Below, piece after piece: positions 1 to 12,470 of a stretch of DNA of 64,000 nt. Both the position numbers and the translations under genes were made by a program. How positions within the stretch are numbered: position 1 is the stretch's first letter; each line of letters opens with the position of its first letter. The notes below the pieces were generated by a model that saw nothing but the letters and a program-made list of their open reading frames with translations, ran no database searches and was not told the origin of the DNA. The stretch spans positions 16,244,001 to 16,308,000 of the forward strand of contig OX597818.1 of NCBI GenBank assembly GCA_951406725.2, in the 5' to 3' direction. Source of the stretch: Octopus vulgaris (lineage: Eukaryota).

Positions 1-384
1 GCAACCATGCCTGCGACCTGACTGGATGCATAATAGTCAGTATGGACGTAGTGTCCCTATACCCATCCTTTGATGTTGATTTTACTGTGGAGAAATGCGT
101 GGAGGTGATCAGCGAGAGCGATGTTGAGATTCGTGGTTTTGACACAGAAGAACTAAACCTCCTTGCGAACGAAAAATCCTCGGGAGAAGTTGAGATGGGG
201 ATTCATCAAGGGTCATAACCTTCGCACCAAAGTGCCTTCATGATATTAGAGTAACTGCCTGCATTATTAGATTGCAACTTGGAAGTAGATGGAGGGGGGT
301 AGGAAGTTAATGTGTATTTCAGAGGGAGAGAGAGTGGGACGGGGTGAGGGTATAATCTTTAAATCAAGTGTGGAGATGTATGTA

Positions 385-1225
385 CAAGGTGCATTGCAGA
401 AGTTTTTAGACTTTTTTAGGAGACACTAATTTCAAAAAAGTACAAAACTCTAATCTTCATCAAAGTAGGATCCTCTAACTTCAATGCACTCGTTGTAGCA
501 CTCCAGCCATTTCATGAAGGTCCCATGAAAGTCCTCCAAAGTTAAGGTGTCCAGGACCGTTGTCACAAACTCATTCGTGTTCGAAACGACTGCCCCTGAA
601 ATTCTTCAGAATGGCGAACAACCAAAAATCGCAGGTAGCAAGGTCTGGGCTGTAGGAGAATGTGGAACAGTTTTGATGGCCATATCTGTCAAGTAGTTGA
701 TTACCTAGATACTCGTCCGTGAGCACCCTGAGAACAAATTTTACGCATCTTCAGATCTTCGTGAATAATTTTGTGTACACTTGCCGCATCAACTCCAGAC
801 TCTATGCTGAAAGCCTTTATAGATACACGATGGTCTTCACCCAGAAAATTGCATATTTTCTCTATCAACTCTGATATTTTGACGTCCCTCTCCCTGCCAC
901 GCCTCTCGTCGTCTTCCACCTCCTCTCAACCGTCTCTGAACATTTAGTGCCAGCGAAAAGTTAATCCATAAGCAGTCTAGAGCACTTCATAAGTTTCTGA
1001 ACGATCTTCCAACCGTTCCCACTGCATTCTGAAAACTAGTCAGCTAATACAAGCAGTGTTTACTATGGTGTGTTCAAAGTACAGTTACATCTTCAATCTG
1101 GGATAGCAAAAGTTGACAGGTCAGCTTATTTGGTGTATAATAATGATATAGTAAAAGTACAATAATCTACGATAGTTATAATTACTTCACTTATAAAAGT
1201 CTCAAAACTTCAAGAATGCACCTCA
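385..1225 (-). mobile_element. Degenerate, internally deleted mariner-type DNA transposon
   Basis: Imperfect TIRs (caaggtgcattgcagaagtttttagactttt at 385; reverse complement ending at 1225), both flanked by TA. Minus-strand transposase pieces EDDERRGR...IHEDLKMRKIC (701-919) and a YSPDLATCDF-like motif near 625-665. Confidence 0.8.
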
Positions 1226-1229
1226 TATG

Positions 1230-1393
<164 letters not shown>

Positions 1394-1465
1394 GACTATA
1401 ACTTCAAACTTACAGGGAAAAATTCAATTTAGTATTAAATCAAATTTCACAATATAAATATATAA

Positions 1466-1606
1466 AATATAAATTAGAGATAAAACCACTATTATGCAAT
1501 TTAGTTATATGTTTTATAAAAATATATTTTATTTATTATTTATGTTTCGGTTTATGCCTATCATTGTTTGAATTGCATAATAGTGGTTTTATCTCTAATT
1601 TATATT
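1466..1606. repeat. Perfect 36-bp inverted repeat with 69-bp spacer
   Basis: aatataaattagagataaaaccactattatgcaatt (1466-1501) and its exact reverse complement (1571-1606). Confidence 0.85.
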
Positions 1607-1608
1607 AT

Positions 1609-1743
<135 letters not shown>

Positions 1744-3129
1744 TGTTTGTATGTGTGTTGTAAACGTTATTCTGAACGCTCAGATTGTGGTGGTGGGAGA
1801 TACTGATAGCGGAAACTCTTAAAGTTTATAATATTGACAAAGTCCACCAGTATTCAGTCACATATCTCTTTTCATGTAGGCATTCTTGCTGTTGTTTTAT
1901 AACAAAGCGCCCTTAAAAGATTTTAATGTTGATATTCTGTTTTGAATATGTCTTCCACACGTGTGTTGAATGCAACATGGAATTTAGATTTATCTTTCTG
2001 AAATCAATGCATCCATCAAAACTGTATTAATAACATCGTCAATAACATATGCAGGTTGTGCTGATGATTTAGTCTAGATGTGAGATACTATTGCATTAGC
2101 AACTGACTTGACTTACAGCCAGGTGGATGCTGCAAGTATTGATCTACAGGATCACACTGCAATGAAAGAATTAATTCAGTACAATATGGAAGGACAGACG
2201 TCCCATTATCTGGAATCTAGATAAAACTACGTACCACGGGAACAACACAACATCTGCAATCAGATGTTAATCTAAGTGTCAGCAAAATTTGTACTGAAGT
2301 TTCAGCATAAAATGAATATGAAAGTTCTCAGAAAAACTTACTTTCTTCTACATAATGGTTGAATTTGTGATGCCTTACGTTTCTTTCACCGGGACAGTAA
2401 TCAAAAGTCTCGAAACTATGCTGGATATCATTTACATCAGCGTGTTTTGTGGCATTTGAAATATGTGCTGGAAGAAGCAAACTATTCAAGAAAAATTAAA
2501 CTTTTAGTTCAAGCACCAGACAGTAATAGGGAAAGAATGGTTCACTTTGTTGAACATTAGGTAATAAGTAACGAGAAGCTGATTAGTGACATCTTTGAAC
2601 ACTTCAACATTGTCGAAATCATGGGTCACTCAAGGAAGACATATCGACAGATGACACTAATTGACATGGCAGGAATCATTTCATGACAGGAATATTGGGA
2701 TTAATAGTAGATCAGGTGTTATATTACATATACAGACAAACTCGACCTGGAAGGAGAAGGATATATGATATATGAGTGGCTTTATTAATTCAAAATTATA
2801 TTATCCAGTTTCATATAAGTATGTTTTCAGTTCAAATATGGCCTGATTCATAAATTAGGATCATAAATTAGGATCAGAGAATCTGGAATTTCTTATAACC
2901 ATAAAATTCTTAAGAATTCATTAAAATTCAAGTGTCTAGATATTAAAACAAAATTAGATAGAAACACGGGAACAGCAAAATACAATAATGTTTTCTAGTC
3001 TACATTGGCAGAAATATTTGTTTAACACTTAATGAAAGATATGATAGTTTTACACTTAATTATAAACAAATATCCCCCATTTCAAATAGTTATAAAATAA
3101 CTAATCTCATATGATTCTGTATTCAATTG

Positions 3130-3147
3130 TGTTCTTTTTATTTACAG
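3130..3147 (+). promoter_or_regulatory. Splice acceptor of a 5'-UTR intron of paralogue 1
   Basis: tgttctttttatttacAG, 19 nt upstream of gccATG; same spacing in all three paralogues. Confidence 0.75.
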
Positions 3148-3166
3148 ACAACGAAGTACGGCAGCC

Positions 3167-5410
3167 ATGAAGATGACAATAGCAACCAATTCTCTTATTG
3201 TTTCAATCACATTTATTATATTACTGACACCACTAAATATAGATACAACAGAACTCGGAAATAATTGTGAAATAAAAATTTGCCCCAATGTCAGCAAGAG
3301 TTTAAATCGTTTAGTAAAATCAGGCAAAAAGGTTTTCATTTTTGAAGTTCATATATCTGATAAAAATCTTGATGGTTTTCTGAATCCTGTACCATTAGAT
3401 CTTTATGCAGATGCTCGGCGTTTCACGTGGATTCCAGATGAAAAAGATGGTCTCATAGCGTATAAGAATTTCTTCTATGACTTTTCACTTCACACATTTA
3501 ATTTATTAGATGTCTACATCGCTACTCTAAGTGTTGATATCGATATAAATTGTGGAAAACAAAATATTCAGAGATTCGGTGTAATAAATTTAATTTTCAA
3601 GGAATTGAAGAGAGCCATATTTATCGATAAATTGCAAATGGGAGATTCCGGATACATGTGTTTTCTTATAAATTTATCCCAGGACATGAATAAGACGAAC
3701 AAATACGCGTTAGAAGCTTATAGAAGACTGGGTATGAATCGAGAGATATTGAAGAACTATTGCTGTGAGCTACATAAAAATAAAAGCCATGTTTATGATT
3801 CACAATACATTTGTTCTGGACATACCATTGACAATAGCATGTATGTCAATTATGAAAATATTGTTGGAGCAGTTTTGTGGGCTATATTGCCATTAATTAT
3901 CAGGTTTGTATCAAAAGCTAAATTACCTTCATATTCCCGCGAACTTAACCAACAGCAACTAGCTCACGGTGAATCCTCATTTAGAATTATGTACACATTA
4001 CCACACAAATCAGAATGGGTCAATGAAAAATATAGTATTTACAGTTTCTCTCATTTTCTATCCTGGTTATTTTGTTTTCACCATTCCACTTTCTTTGCTT
4101 CAAAATTAAGAAGATTCATTTTTATTATGTTTCCTCTTTCAATAATTTTCCTGGATCTTTTAATGCATTATTTATTTTTATATGAAACGATGAAAATACT
4201 TTTACATGATCGTATTCCATTGGGTTATCGTGGCATGATTCTAGGAATCTCAGAAAGCTATGAAAATACAGATGGTTTTTTCGGGGGTCCCTTTTTTTGG
4301 ATAATTAGCTATATATTTTTCAACTTTATTCTCTTCGTTTTTCCCAGTCGTTTAAGTGAGACTATCGCTTATAGTACATTACATCAAAGGTCTACTTGCA
4401 CTTTTCTTATTCAAAATATTAGATTAATAGAGAACTATGGAAATTTAAATAGGTTTGAACTTGAAGATTACGATCTACTTTATGCAATAATGAAAGCCAA
4501 TATTTCTACTGCTTTAAACCCACATTTCTGGTATTTAATTATTTATACTTGGATTAAACGTATAAAGAAAATTTGGTTTTATTACTACGAGAGAAATATT
4601 TTTAGCCAATTCATATTTCTTTGGTTATTTATTACGATCACGATTTTATTTGCTGTATTTTCTATCTGCGAATTACTTCTGTGCCTCGTTTATTACGGAA
4701 TCCCAATCGTTTATTTGATGCTAACTTTACCCTTAAGTTACTTCAAAGTCTATATTTTACCAATGTATTTGAATCCCAACCAAATTTTAAAGATCACTGC
4801 TTTTATTTTAACATTCGTATCGTTGCCCTTTTATGTATTATGGTATTTAAATTCGATTTATATTTTTCTTACAACTTTCCAAGTTCTTTGCAACTATTCA
4901 TTTTCAATAGCTATTGCTGTAATTGCTAAACCTGATACTATTGGTGATATATGGTTTGTCGCCATGTTTTTCGTTTACGGTTTTGCAGTTACGAAAGCTA
5001 TTCATAAAAAGTATCGCACTATACTAGTTAAAAGTATAAAGTTAACCAGAACTGTTCGCTCAGAATTAGTTCAATCAAAATATGGAGAGAAATTCATAAG
5101 TGCAAAATTGTTTAAAACAATTATTAACGAACATTTTCCTTTGAGATACGAAATTAGTACATCCATTGTAAAACTGTTCCTAATCGTATCTTTTTTCTTT
5201 GCTTGCAACAACATAATAAACCGAAATGATTTAGATTTATCAGCATTCACAAAATTCACGTTGATTTTGACGACGTCTCTGATACCTAAATTATTGTCAA
5301 TAATTAATACTAAATTTCGTGTTGATATATCCCTGTCACATAGAATTATCGAAACAATTAATATATTCGAAGAAGTAAATATTTCACAGACAAGTTTATC
5401 ACTTTGTTAA
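3167..5410 (+). CDS. Uncharacterised multi-pass membrane protein, paralogue 1 (747 aa, intronless CDS)
   Basis: 2.2-kb ORF in AT-rich DNA; Kozak-like gccATG; hydrophobic N-terminal signal peptide; ectodomain with Cys conserved across paralogues; about 9-11 hydrophobic segments; colinear with two other copies; AATAAA at 5423-5428. Confidence 0.92.
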   Translation: MKMTIATNSLIVSITFIILLTPLNIDTTELGNNCEIKICPNVSKSLNRLVKSGKKVFIFEVHISDKNLDGFLNPVPLDLYADARRFTWIPDEKDGLIAYKNFFYDFSLHTFNLLDVYIATLSVDIDINCGKQNIQRFGVINLIFKELKRAIFIDKLQMGDSGYMCFLINLSQDMNKTNKYALEAYRRLGMNREILKNYCCELHKNKSHVYDSQYICSGHTIDNSMYVNYENIVGAVLWAILPLIIRFVSKAKLPSYSRELNQQQLAHGESSFRIMYTLPHKSEWVNEKYSIYSFSHFLSWLFCFHHSTFFASKLRRFIFIMFPLSIIFLDLLMHYLFLYETMKILLHDRIPLGYRGMILGISESYENTDGFFGGPFFWIISYIFFNFILFVFPSRLSETIAYSTLHQRSTCTFLIQNIRLIENYGNLNRFELEDYDLLYAIMKANISTALNPHFWYLIIYTWIKRIKKIWFYYYERNIFSQFIFLWLFITITILFAVFSICELLLCLVYYGIPIVYLMLTLPLSYFKVYILPMYLNPNQILKITAFILTFVSLPFYVLWYLNSIYIFLTTFQVLCNYSFSIAIAVIAKPDTIGDIWFVAMFFVYGFAVTKAIHKKYRTILVKSIKLTRTVRSELVQSKYGEKFISAKLFKTIINEHFPLRYEISTSIVKLFLIVSFFFACNNIINRNDLDLSAFTKFTLILTTSLIPKLLSIINTKFRVDISLSHRIIETINIFEEVNISQTSLSLC

Positions 5411-5529
5411 TATTCTCTGAAAAATAAAACTATTCATATATGCTAGAAATTATTCTATCGTTTTTAACTACTTTCACACTGAAAGCACAAAATATCAAAC
5501 AAAACACACAGACCCACACTCATTATAGA

Positions 5530-5650
5530 TGTGTGTGTGTATGTATATGTGTGTGACTGTATGTACATAATAATACGGATATGAATATGTGTGCGCGTGA
5601 ATGTGTGTAGTATGTGTCTGTGTGTTTGCGTGCGAGTGTGTGTGTGTGTG

Positions 5651-5700
<50 letters not shown>
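5530..5700. repeat. (TG)n microsatellite
   Basis: Directly visible. Confidence 0.9.
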
Positions 5701-5819
5701 ATAAAGGATTATTGTAATTTACTTAAAACAGTGCAATATGCTTAAATGAGATATATGCCTGAAAGAAAGAACTTTCAAGAAATACAGGTGAGGATTTAAG
5801 CAAGATATGAAAGGTAATA

Positions 5820-6040
5820 TTGGTTTCAAATTTTGGTAGAAGTCCAGCAAGCTTGGAGGAAGGGAAGTAAGTTGTTTAAATCAACTCCAGTGTTCAGTTG
5901 GTACTTATTATATCAACCCCGAGAGGGTGAAAAGCAAGGTCGACAGCAGCAGAATTTGAATTCAGCACGTGAAGACGGATGAAATGCCACTAAGCATTTT
6001 GTCCGGCGTGCTAACGATTCTGTCAGTCCGTTGTCTTTAT
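5820..6040 (-). mobile_element. tRNA-derived SINE, family A
   Basis: Reverse complement matches the copies at 31.4, 38.2 and 46.5 kb (tggcagaatcgttagc A-box-like head, gagttcaaattcc B-box, cctttcatcctttcggggtcgataaa core). Confidence 0.8.
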
Positions 6041-7014
6041 GCATGGTGATATTTTAAGAATTAAAAACAGAAAGAGCATAGCAGTTTCTTGCATACATTT
6101 TTTAATGATCCTGTAAATTTTAGGGAGTAATTTCCACTTTTCAAATAAAAGAAGGAAAAGGAGTGGCTATCGACTGACCATTCTTGTATGTTATGACGAA
6201 AAGCATTGCTATGATTACCATTTTGTAGGAACTGTATTCGCAGTTGTAGTTAGTTTCATTATGTAGTATCAGTATAATGTAGTGTGGCAACAATTGCAGT
6301 AGTATATGACATGGTTGAACAAAAGTTGAAATGTGAGGCAAGGTATTTTGAGAATGTGTGTGTATGTGTGTGCGTGCGTACGAATGCATTAATATTTTCA
6401 ACAAAATAATTGACAGTGACTTCAAAGCTTCGGTGCTATCAGAGTATGGTTTACTATGATCTTTCTACATTTATGTATAGCTTGTGGCAGAGTGTTTCTT
6501 TGGTAGGTGGCATGCAGTAAATGGAAATTAAGTACAACGTACCGAGACAAGAGAAATGACTATAGGAAGCGGGGATGAAGAAGGACAGGAGGAAAATATG
6601 TTTGTTGAGTGTGGGTCGAAAGAAAGGGATGATGGGGGTAGTTTCTTATGGCTGAATAAATAAAGTTTGCTATTGTTTCACTTCACTCAAGCACGAATGT
6701 AGCAGAGCAAACTTTTATAGGTTTATGTGGTTTATAGGGGTTTATGTGTCATAATCAGGTTATATTTTGTGTTGGCTGCAGTTTTAGTTTTTAACTAAAA
6801 GGGGTGAATTGCATTACCTATTTAAATCTTTTTAGAAGCAAAAAGATAATGATTGAGCTGTTGGCGAGGACATTGACAAGTCCACCGAAGTTGCTGGGTG
6901 AGAAGGGTGATATTGTAAATTTGTTCCTACATTTGAACCCCGTGCAGGAAAAAAGAAAAATAAGACCTTTCAGTGGATGAATGAACTTAAAGGATTCAAC
7001 GGCTCATCGAATTC

Positions 7015-7416
7015 AATTCTTTTATTCATTTACTTGTTTCAGTCATTTGACTGCGGCCATGCCGGGGCACCGCCTTTAGTTGAAAACATCGACCCCAGAT
7101 TTATTCTTTGTAAGCCTAGTACTTATTCTATCGGTCTCTTTTGCTAAACCACTAAGTGACAGGGACGTAAACACACCAACATTGGTTGTCAAGCGATGGT
7201 GGTGGTGGTAGGGGGCAAACACAAACACACACAAACATACGCATAAATATATAGGACAGGCTTCTTTCAGTTTCCGTCAGCCAAATCCATTCACAAAGCT
7301 TTGATCGGCTCCAGGCTATAGTAGAAGACACTTGCCCAAGGTGCCTAGCAGTGGAACAGAACCCGGAACCATGTGGTTGGGAAGCAAGCTTCTTACCAGT
7401 CAGCCACGCCTGCGCC
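7015..7416 (-). mobile_element. tRNA-derived SINE, family B
   Basis: Reverse complement of the copies at 19039 and 32704 (ggcgcaggagtggctgtgtggtaag...ggttcagtccc...aaatgactgaaacaagtaaa). Confidence 0.85.
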
Positions 7417-8299
7417 TATATCTATATTTTCTTGTACAAAATAATGTATATCAGGTGACTAACATGTTCAAAGCAGTCACACAAGGTCTACTAACTGTAT
7501 TACTGGACCATGGTCGAGAATTCTTCTGATCTGAGAGGGATTAAGTACCGTTACGGCAACCAACGCAGTTACAACCAGCCTCAGCTAAAAGTCGACAAGT
7601 AGACTTGTCTTCCGGATAACATGTCTGAAATGGTGTCCCAATGAACCGCTGATCATAAACGGGGTAAAATCTATTTCAAAGGGAGAAGGAACATTTTAGC
7701 CATGGTTGCCAACCTTCTCGGCGATTTTGGCTCGAAACAAAAACAACACGAATAATATAATAAACTTAAAATCGCTATCTCTTTGTGAATGCATTATATA
7801 GAATTAAATTTTTTTTTTAAATCGCATGAATGAAATTGCAGCTTCTGGAGAAAGTTTTTGGTCCTGTAGATGCTCTGCAGTAAAACGGCTTAGATTCAGT
7901 CATCACCATGTTGAGGCTTGAAGAATAGTATGCTAAGTATTGTGCTTCAAGAATGAAAAACTTCTTCCTCGCTTAAAATTGTAAAAAAGACAGAGTAAAA
8001 TCACTAAAGAATTCACAAGAACCAACAAATCAAACCCAAATGGATGAATTAGTAGAACGTAAATATTGTAGCTAACCAGGAGAATACAACGCTCGCCAAG
8101 AAGGTGGATGCTAGAGGAAAGGGAATTTGATGTGGAAATGCTTAACGATCAACTGGAGATCCATAAAAACTGAGGAAGAAACTGAAGGAAACTGAGGCCC
8201 TGGAGTCAGAAAATTTGTGATTAGTAGATCGAACCAATATTGAAATAACATTAAAATTGAACAATGGTATTGATAAGATTATCTACAGAAATAATAAAG

Positions 8300-10130
8300 A
8301 TACCGATACATAAGTATTAGCAGGTGTTAATTTATTTGAGGAAATCTAGTGGAAAAAGAAAGGACAGACAAAAGAACTTTAGTGGAAACCTTTGTAGAAA
8401 CCTTTGTGACAAACTTGGATACTAATAATTTTGAGATATTAGGAAAAATATAAAGATCTCAATCGACGGTGGAATTCAGATAAATTAAAGACAGAGGAGA
8501 AGGGTAGATTAGAGGTAAGAGAAAATGGAAATAAGACAACAAAAGCAGAGAGTAGAGTCAAAAGCTGCCAAAGTTATGGAGTATAAAGGAAGAACCAAAC
8601 AGTATGAGCATAATTGCGTTTTACAGTCTTGAAACGTGTATTGGATATCATTGAAAGAGATAAGAAGCATAATAAAGTAGTACCAAATGTTGAAGAAAGT
8701 TATTTGAGAGAGAAATATAGGGGGAAATGCTAAACACAACGATGAAGCAAAGTGGATAAAGCAAGTGAAAAATTACGATGAAAATGCTCAAGCACAGTAA
8801 AAATGATATAGGCTAATATTCGAAAGTAATTAGAACCAGCAGAAAGGTGGAGAAACTGCCAGCTCCGTTCTTATCTCTGGATAGTGGCGTAAAGATTTTG
8901 TCAGTTTCCATGACATTTTGCAATACAACTAAATAAGAACTTATCAAAGTATGACTAACAAAAAGAAGAACCTGTCTAGTACTGAAAGACAAATTCAAAG
9001 TAAACGCTGTTTCAAATTACCGGCCAATTAGATGTATACCAATTATGTAGAAACACATAGGTATTCCAACATCACTATAAAAAGCAATGACTATTGAACA
9101 AACTTGTTGCAGAAAAATTAAGCAAATCTAAACAAGATCCAACAGGATTTCTTAGAGCAAACAGTAAGTGACATTAGGTTGGCATTTGAATCGAACATTT
9201 TCTATGATGGAGATGAAGTAGGTAAAATTCACAAAAATACTGGAATAGATCTATCTAATGAGGAGAATATAAAATGACTAAATGTTGAAATAACATACAT
9301 ATATGTGAGAATATTGGAAACTGATAAAATGAGAAATATAAATTGAAAGATGCCCGCAGTAAAGATGCCCGCAGTATTGCAAATAAATTATGGAGTAAAA
9401 ACTATTGAGTTGAAGAAAGGTATGATATCAACAAGAAAATGAATAAGTATTTCACAATGTACAGAAACAGGCATCCCCAGTCAGATGCGCAGCGGTTACA
9501 GAAAGAGAGTTAGAGAAAACAAGTCAAGGTTTCTATCAAGAAGGAAAAGAAGTTCTAGTAAGCAGGTAGAATCTGAAAAAGGAAAACGGGAATATATAGA
9601 AAATGAGAAAACAAAATTTAAAACAAAGAGACTTCGTTCAATGATTATTCAAAAAATCCAAATAGACAAAGACAGCAGGATCTGGTTAATGAGGTTAAAG
9701 AAAGAAGTATTCAAGAAAGATACCGTGAGTATGGTTTCAATTGAGTAGGTATATACCCAAAGGAATATTTAGATCTCGAGAATGAGAGATTAAGAGGAAT
9801 ACTCATACAAATATAGAATGTGTGATGATCCAGATGAAATCTTAATTAATATTGTATCGGAATATCTACAGTTGGTTTAGAAAGAATTCAAAAAAGGTAA
9901 TCATTATAAGATTGCAGCAGTCATCCACTGAGATATTTGAAAGAGATTTGGTTTTGCATGCAAAGAGAAATGACTATTTTAGGGAAACAGAAATATGAGA
10001 AAATAGAAATACGTAATTGGAAAGGATGGGATGAGGTTGTAATGAGACTTACCTAAAGAAACGATGTATTGCGGTTGATGTGTTATGTCTATTTGACATC
10101 AAATAAAAGAAAAAGAACGGAAAAAGAAAA
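8300..10130 (+). mobile_element. Highly decayed R4/Dong-like non-LTR retrotransposon
   Basis: Remnant motifs NYRPI (~9016), a DIGMEFG-like segment (~9170) and RMCDDPDE..IVSE (~9815), matching the better-preserved copies at 35-46 kb; many stops. Confidence 0.55.
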
Positions 10131-10299
10131 AGAAAAGAGCATTACATGGATTTCAAGTGCTGCTGTACTCTGTCTCCAAAAACAGAAGTATATTTCTCAT
10201 CAGGCGGTGAAGTAGCTTCGTAGGTGTTTTCGTCTCTTTTATCGCGAAATCATACTTGCTCAGGTCCACCCACCGATTTAAGCGATAAAACTCCCGTAC

Positions 10300-12470
10300 A
10301 ACACTACGTGCTTTGTTGAATCAGACATTACGGATCTGGGCCAGATGTTTCTATCGTCTTCATTGCTCGTTCTTACTGCACCACTCCTCCTCGGTCTTAA
10401 ACCAAACTTGCTTTCTTAGTGGTTTCTGACGATTTTCTGACATCTTTTCTTTACTTCGCGAATAATCCAAGATTTTTGAGTATCAAGTGAAACAAATCCT
10501 CTAACACCTAAGTCTACAGAAGACAAATTGCCGCCAATAGTTCGTTTTCTCAGAGTTCAACTAACTTACTTATTTTCTGTCTTTCCTAAGGAAAGTGTAT
10601 TCAATGTTCACTTCTCAAAGAATTATCTGTTCTACATTTTTTTCCACTTTCATTTCGTTGATGGCAAAAGGTGGAAAGGGATATATACCAACAAAATCTA
10701 TAGAGACCTTTCAAGTATCCTTCCATTTGGGATCATTCTTCTTCCTTACAGTAGCTGACTTGCAACGTTCACCTTCCCTTCAACATTTTGTCTTCCTATA
10801 CTTCTCTACTTTTGGTCTTCATCGTTGTTAATTCACATTACCCACCTCCGATACTTCGTCAGCCAGTAATCTAAATGCTTAGTCATGCCGTCATGTACAA
10901 CTGTGCTCCAGCTCTAGTGGACAGTTGGAGTGTTAGCGATTCATCGTTCCGATCTGTCCAAATTTACACAGACCACTTTTATTTTCCAACGCAAGTTTGC
11001 AGTACTAGGAAGAATGCAGAACACAGGGCGAATCAGATAACTGATTCTGGCTGGTTCCCATGACCAAAGTTCTTTTCCATCTTACCTTTCGCCCAAGCGG
11101 TACACACTATTCCTGTTGGTTACATTGTACCAACTCCATGCAACTGCTTTTTGACTGTTCTTTCTTTACCTGGTTGGCTAGTGCAATCCTTCTCTGCTTC
11201 TCATTCATAGTATGATTTTCGAGGCCTTCTCTATTTGTCTGTGTGTGGATCATTATATCCCTATACTTTAAGGAGCCCACAAACTTCTCCGTTGCATCCG
11301 AAGCTATCCACTTTTTTCCAGTTCTTATCTCTCTCTAGAAGAAAGGATTGGATGACAAAGTCATTTGAATGGTGCAGCATCAGTACCGTCCGCACCTTAT
11401 CACATTTGTACTGCTCAACTATTGATGAAATGTGTGTCTCTAATTTCCTTTTATTCCTTTACAAATACATGCTTGCAAGGGCCCATATTTCCAAGTGGGC
11501 TCGCAAAGGCCCACTTGCAAATATAGACGTTACGTTTCGTTTTGTTGTAGCATCCTGTGTCAGTGCAACTTGATAGAATACCAGTAACCACTGCAGTCTG
11601 GGGTACAGAGCAAATTGCAAATACCAGAGTTTGAACTTATTTGGTAGCAATGTTTTATCGATAATTCACAGTAATTTTCTGGATTTCGGATACCTTAACC
11701 CCTATCATTAAGCGGTCCACAATAATGTCTTCTCAGGATCTCCACAGGCTCCGCTGTTATTGTAAGCATGAGTTTTCCTGCAATCTCATCCTTCACTTAT
11801 TTCTGTCTCTCCTTCATGAATGTTGCACTCCGTAACTTTGTTTTAAAGTAATGAGCTTTAAAATCCCGAGAATACTGGATGAGCTGATAAGCTGAACAAG
11901 AATGACTTGTTCAGCTTCTCAGCTCATCCAGTCTTCTCGGGATTCTCGCCACTGACTTCTCCTTCAAGATAACAAAGCTACATCATCCTTGAAAACTTTT
12001 TTTTATAGAAGTAGGTCTTTCCTTCCATGGTCGTGGGCCACTCTGCCTCGTTTCTTCCAAGTCGTTGAATAGTCCTTTGTGGTAAATCGCATGTAGAACT
12101 TGCCTTAGTAGTCTATCCTTAATTTGCAGACTTCTGGTGAAACCCAGAACAGCTCCATGTCATGCTCAAGCAGTTTGTGTGGAACTGATCCAAAATCGGT
12201 TGCCAGATTAAGTCACACAAATGCTAGGTTGCTTTACAGTCTCTTCGCTGTCTGCACAGTATCCCAGATCTATGCAACCTAGTATACCTAGGATTCCAGC
12301 TTTCTGTACTGCACAATCAATATAGCCATTATCTACCAAAAATACCATAGCCCGTCTAACAACAACGACAAGCAATATTTTCCCATTTACATTTTGTTGG
12401 GAACTTAGCCTAAAGTGGTTAAGAGTTGATGAGTTCTGCTCATTGGGAAGGTACATACATTACGTTACTG
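10300..12470 (-). mobile_element. Decayed Hero/NeSL-like RLE non-LTR retrotransposon
   Basis: FLVDNGYIDCAVQKAGILGILGC (12208-12456) resembles the Hero-type RT segment; SVDLGVRGF (PVEVGCRGF-like RLE tail) near 10500. Confidence 0.6.

Noticed and set aside
3167-5410. Assignment as cephalopod chemotactile (Cys-loop) receptor or GPCR
   Set aside because: Too long and too many hydrophobic helices for a 4-TM Cys-loop subunit, no Cys-loop signature, and no DRY/NPxxY or GPS motifs; no gene symbol assigned
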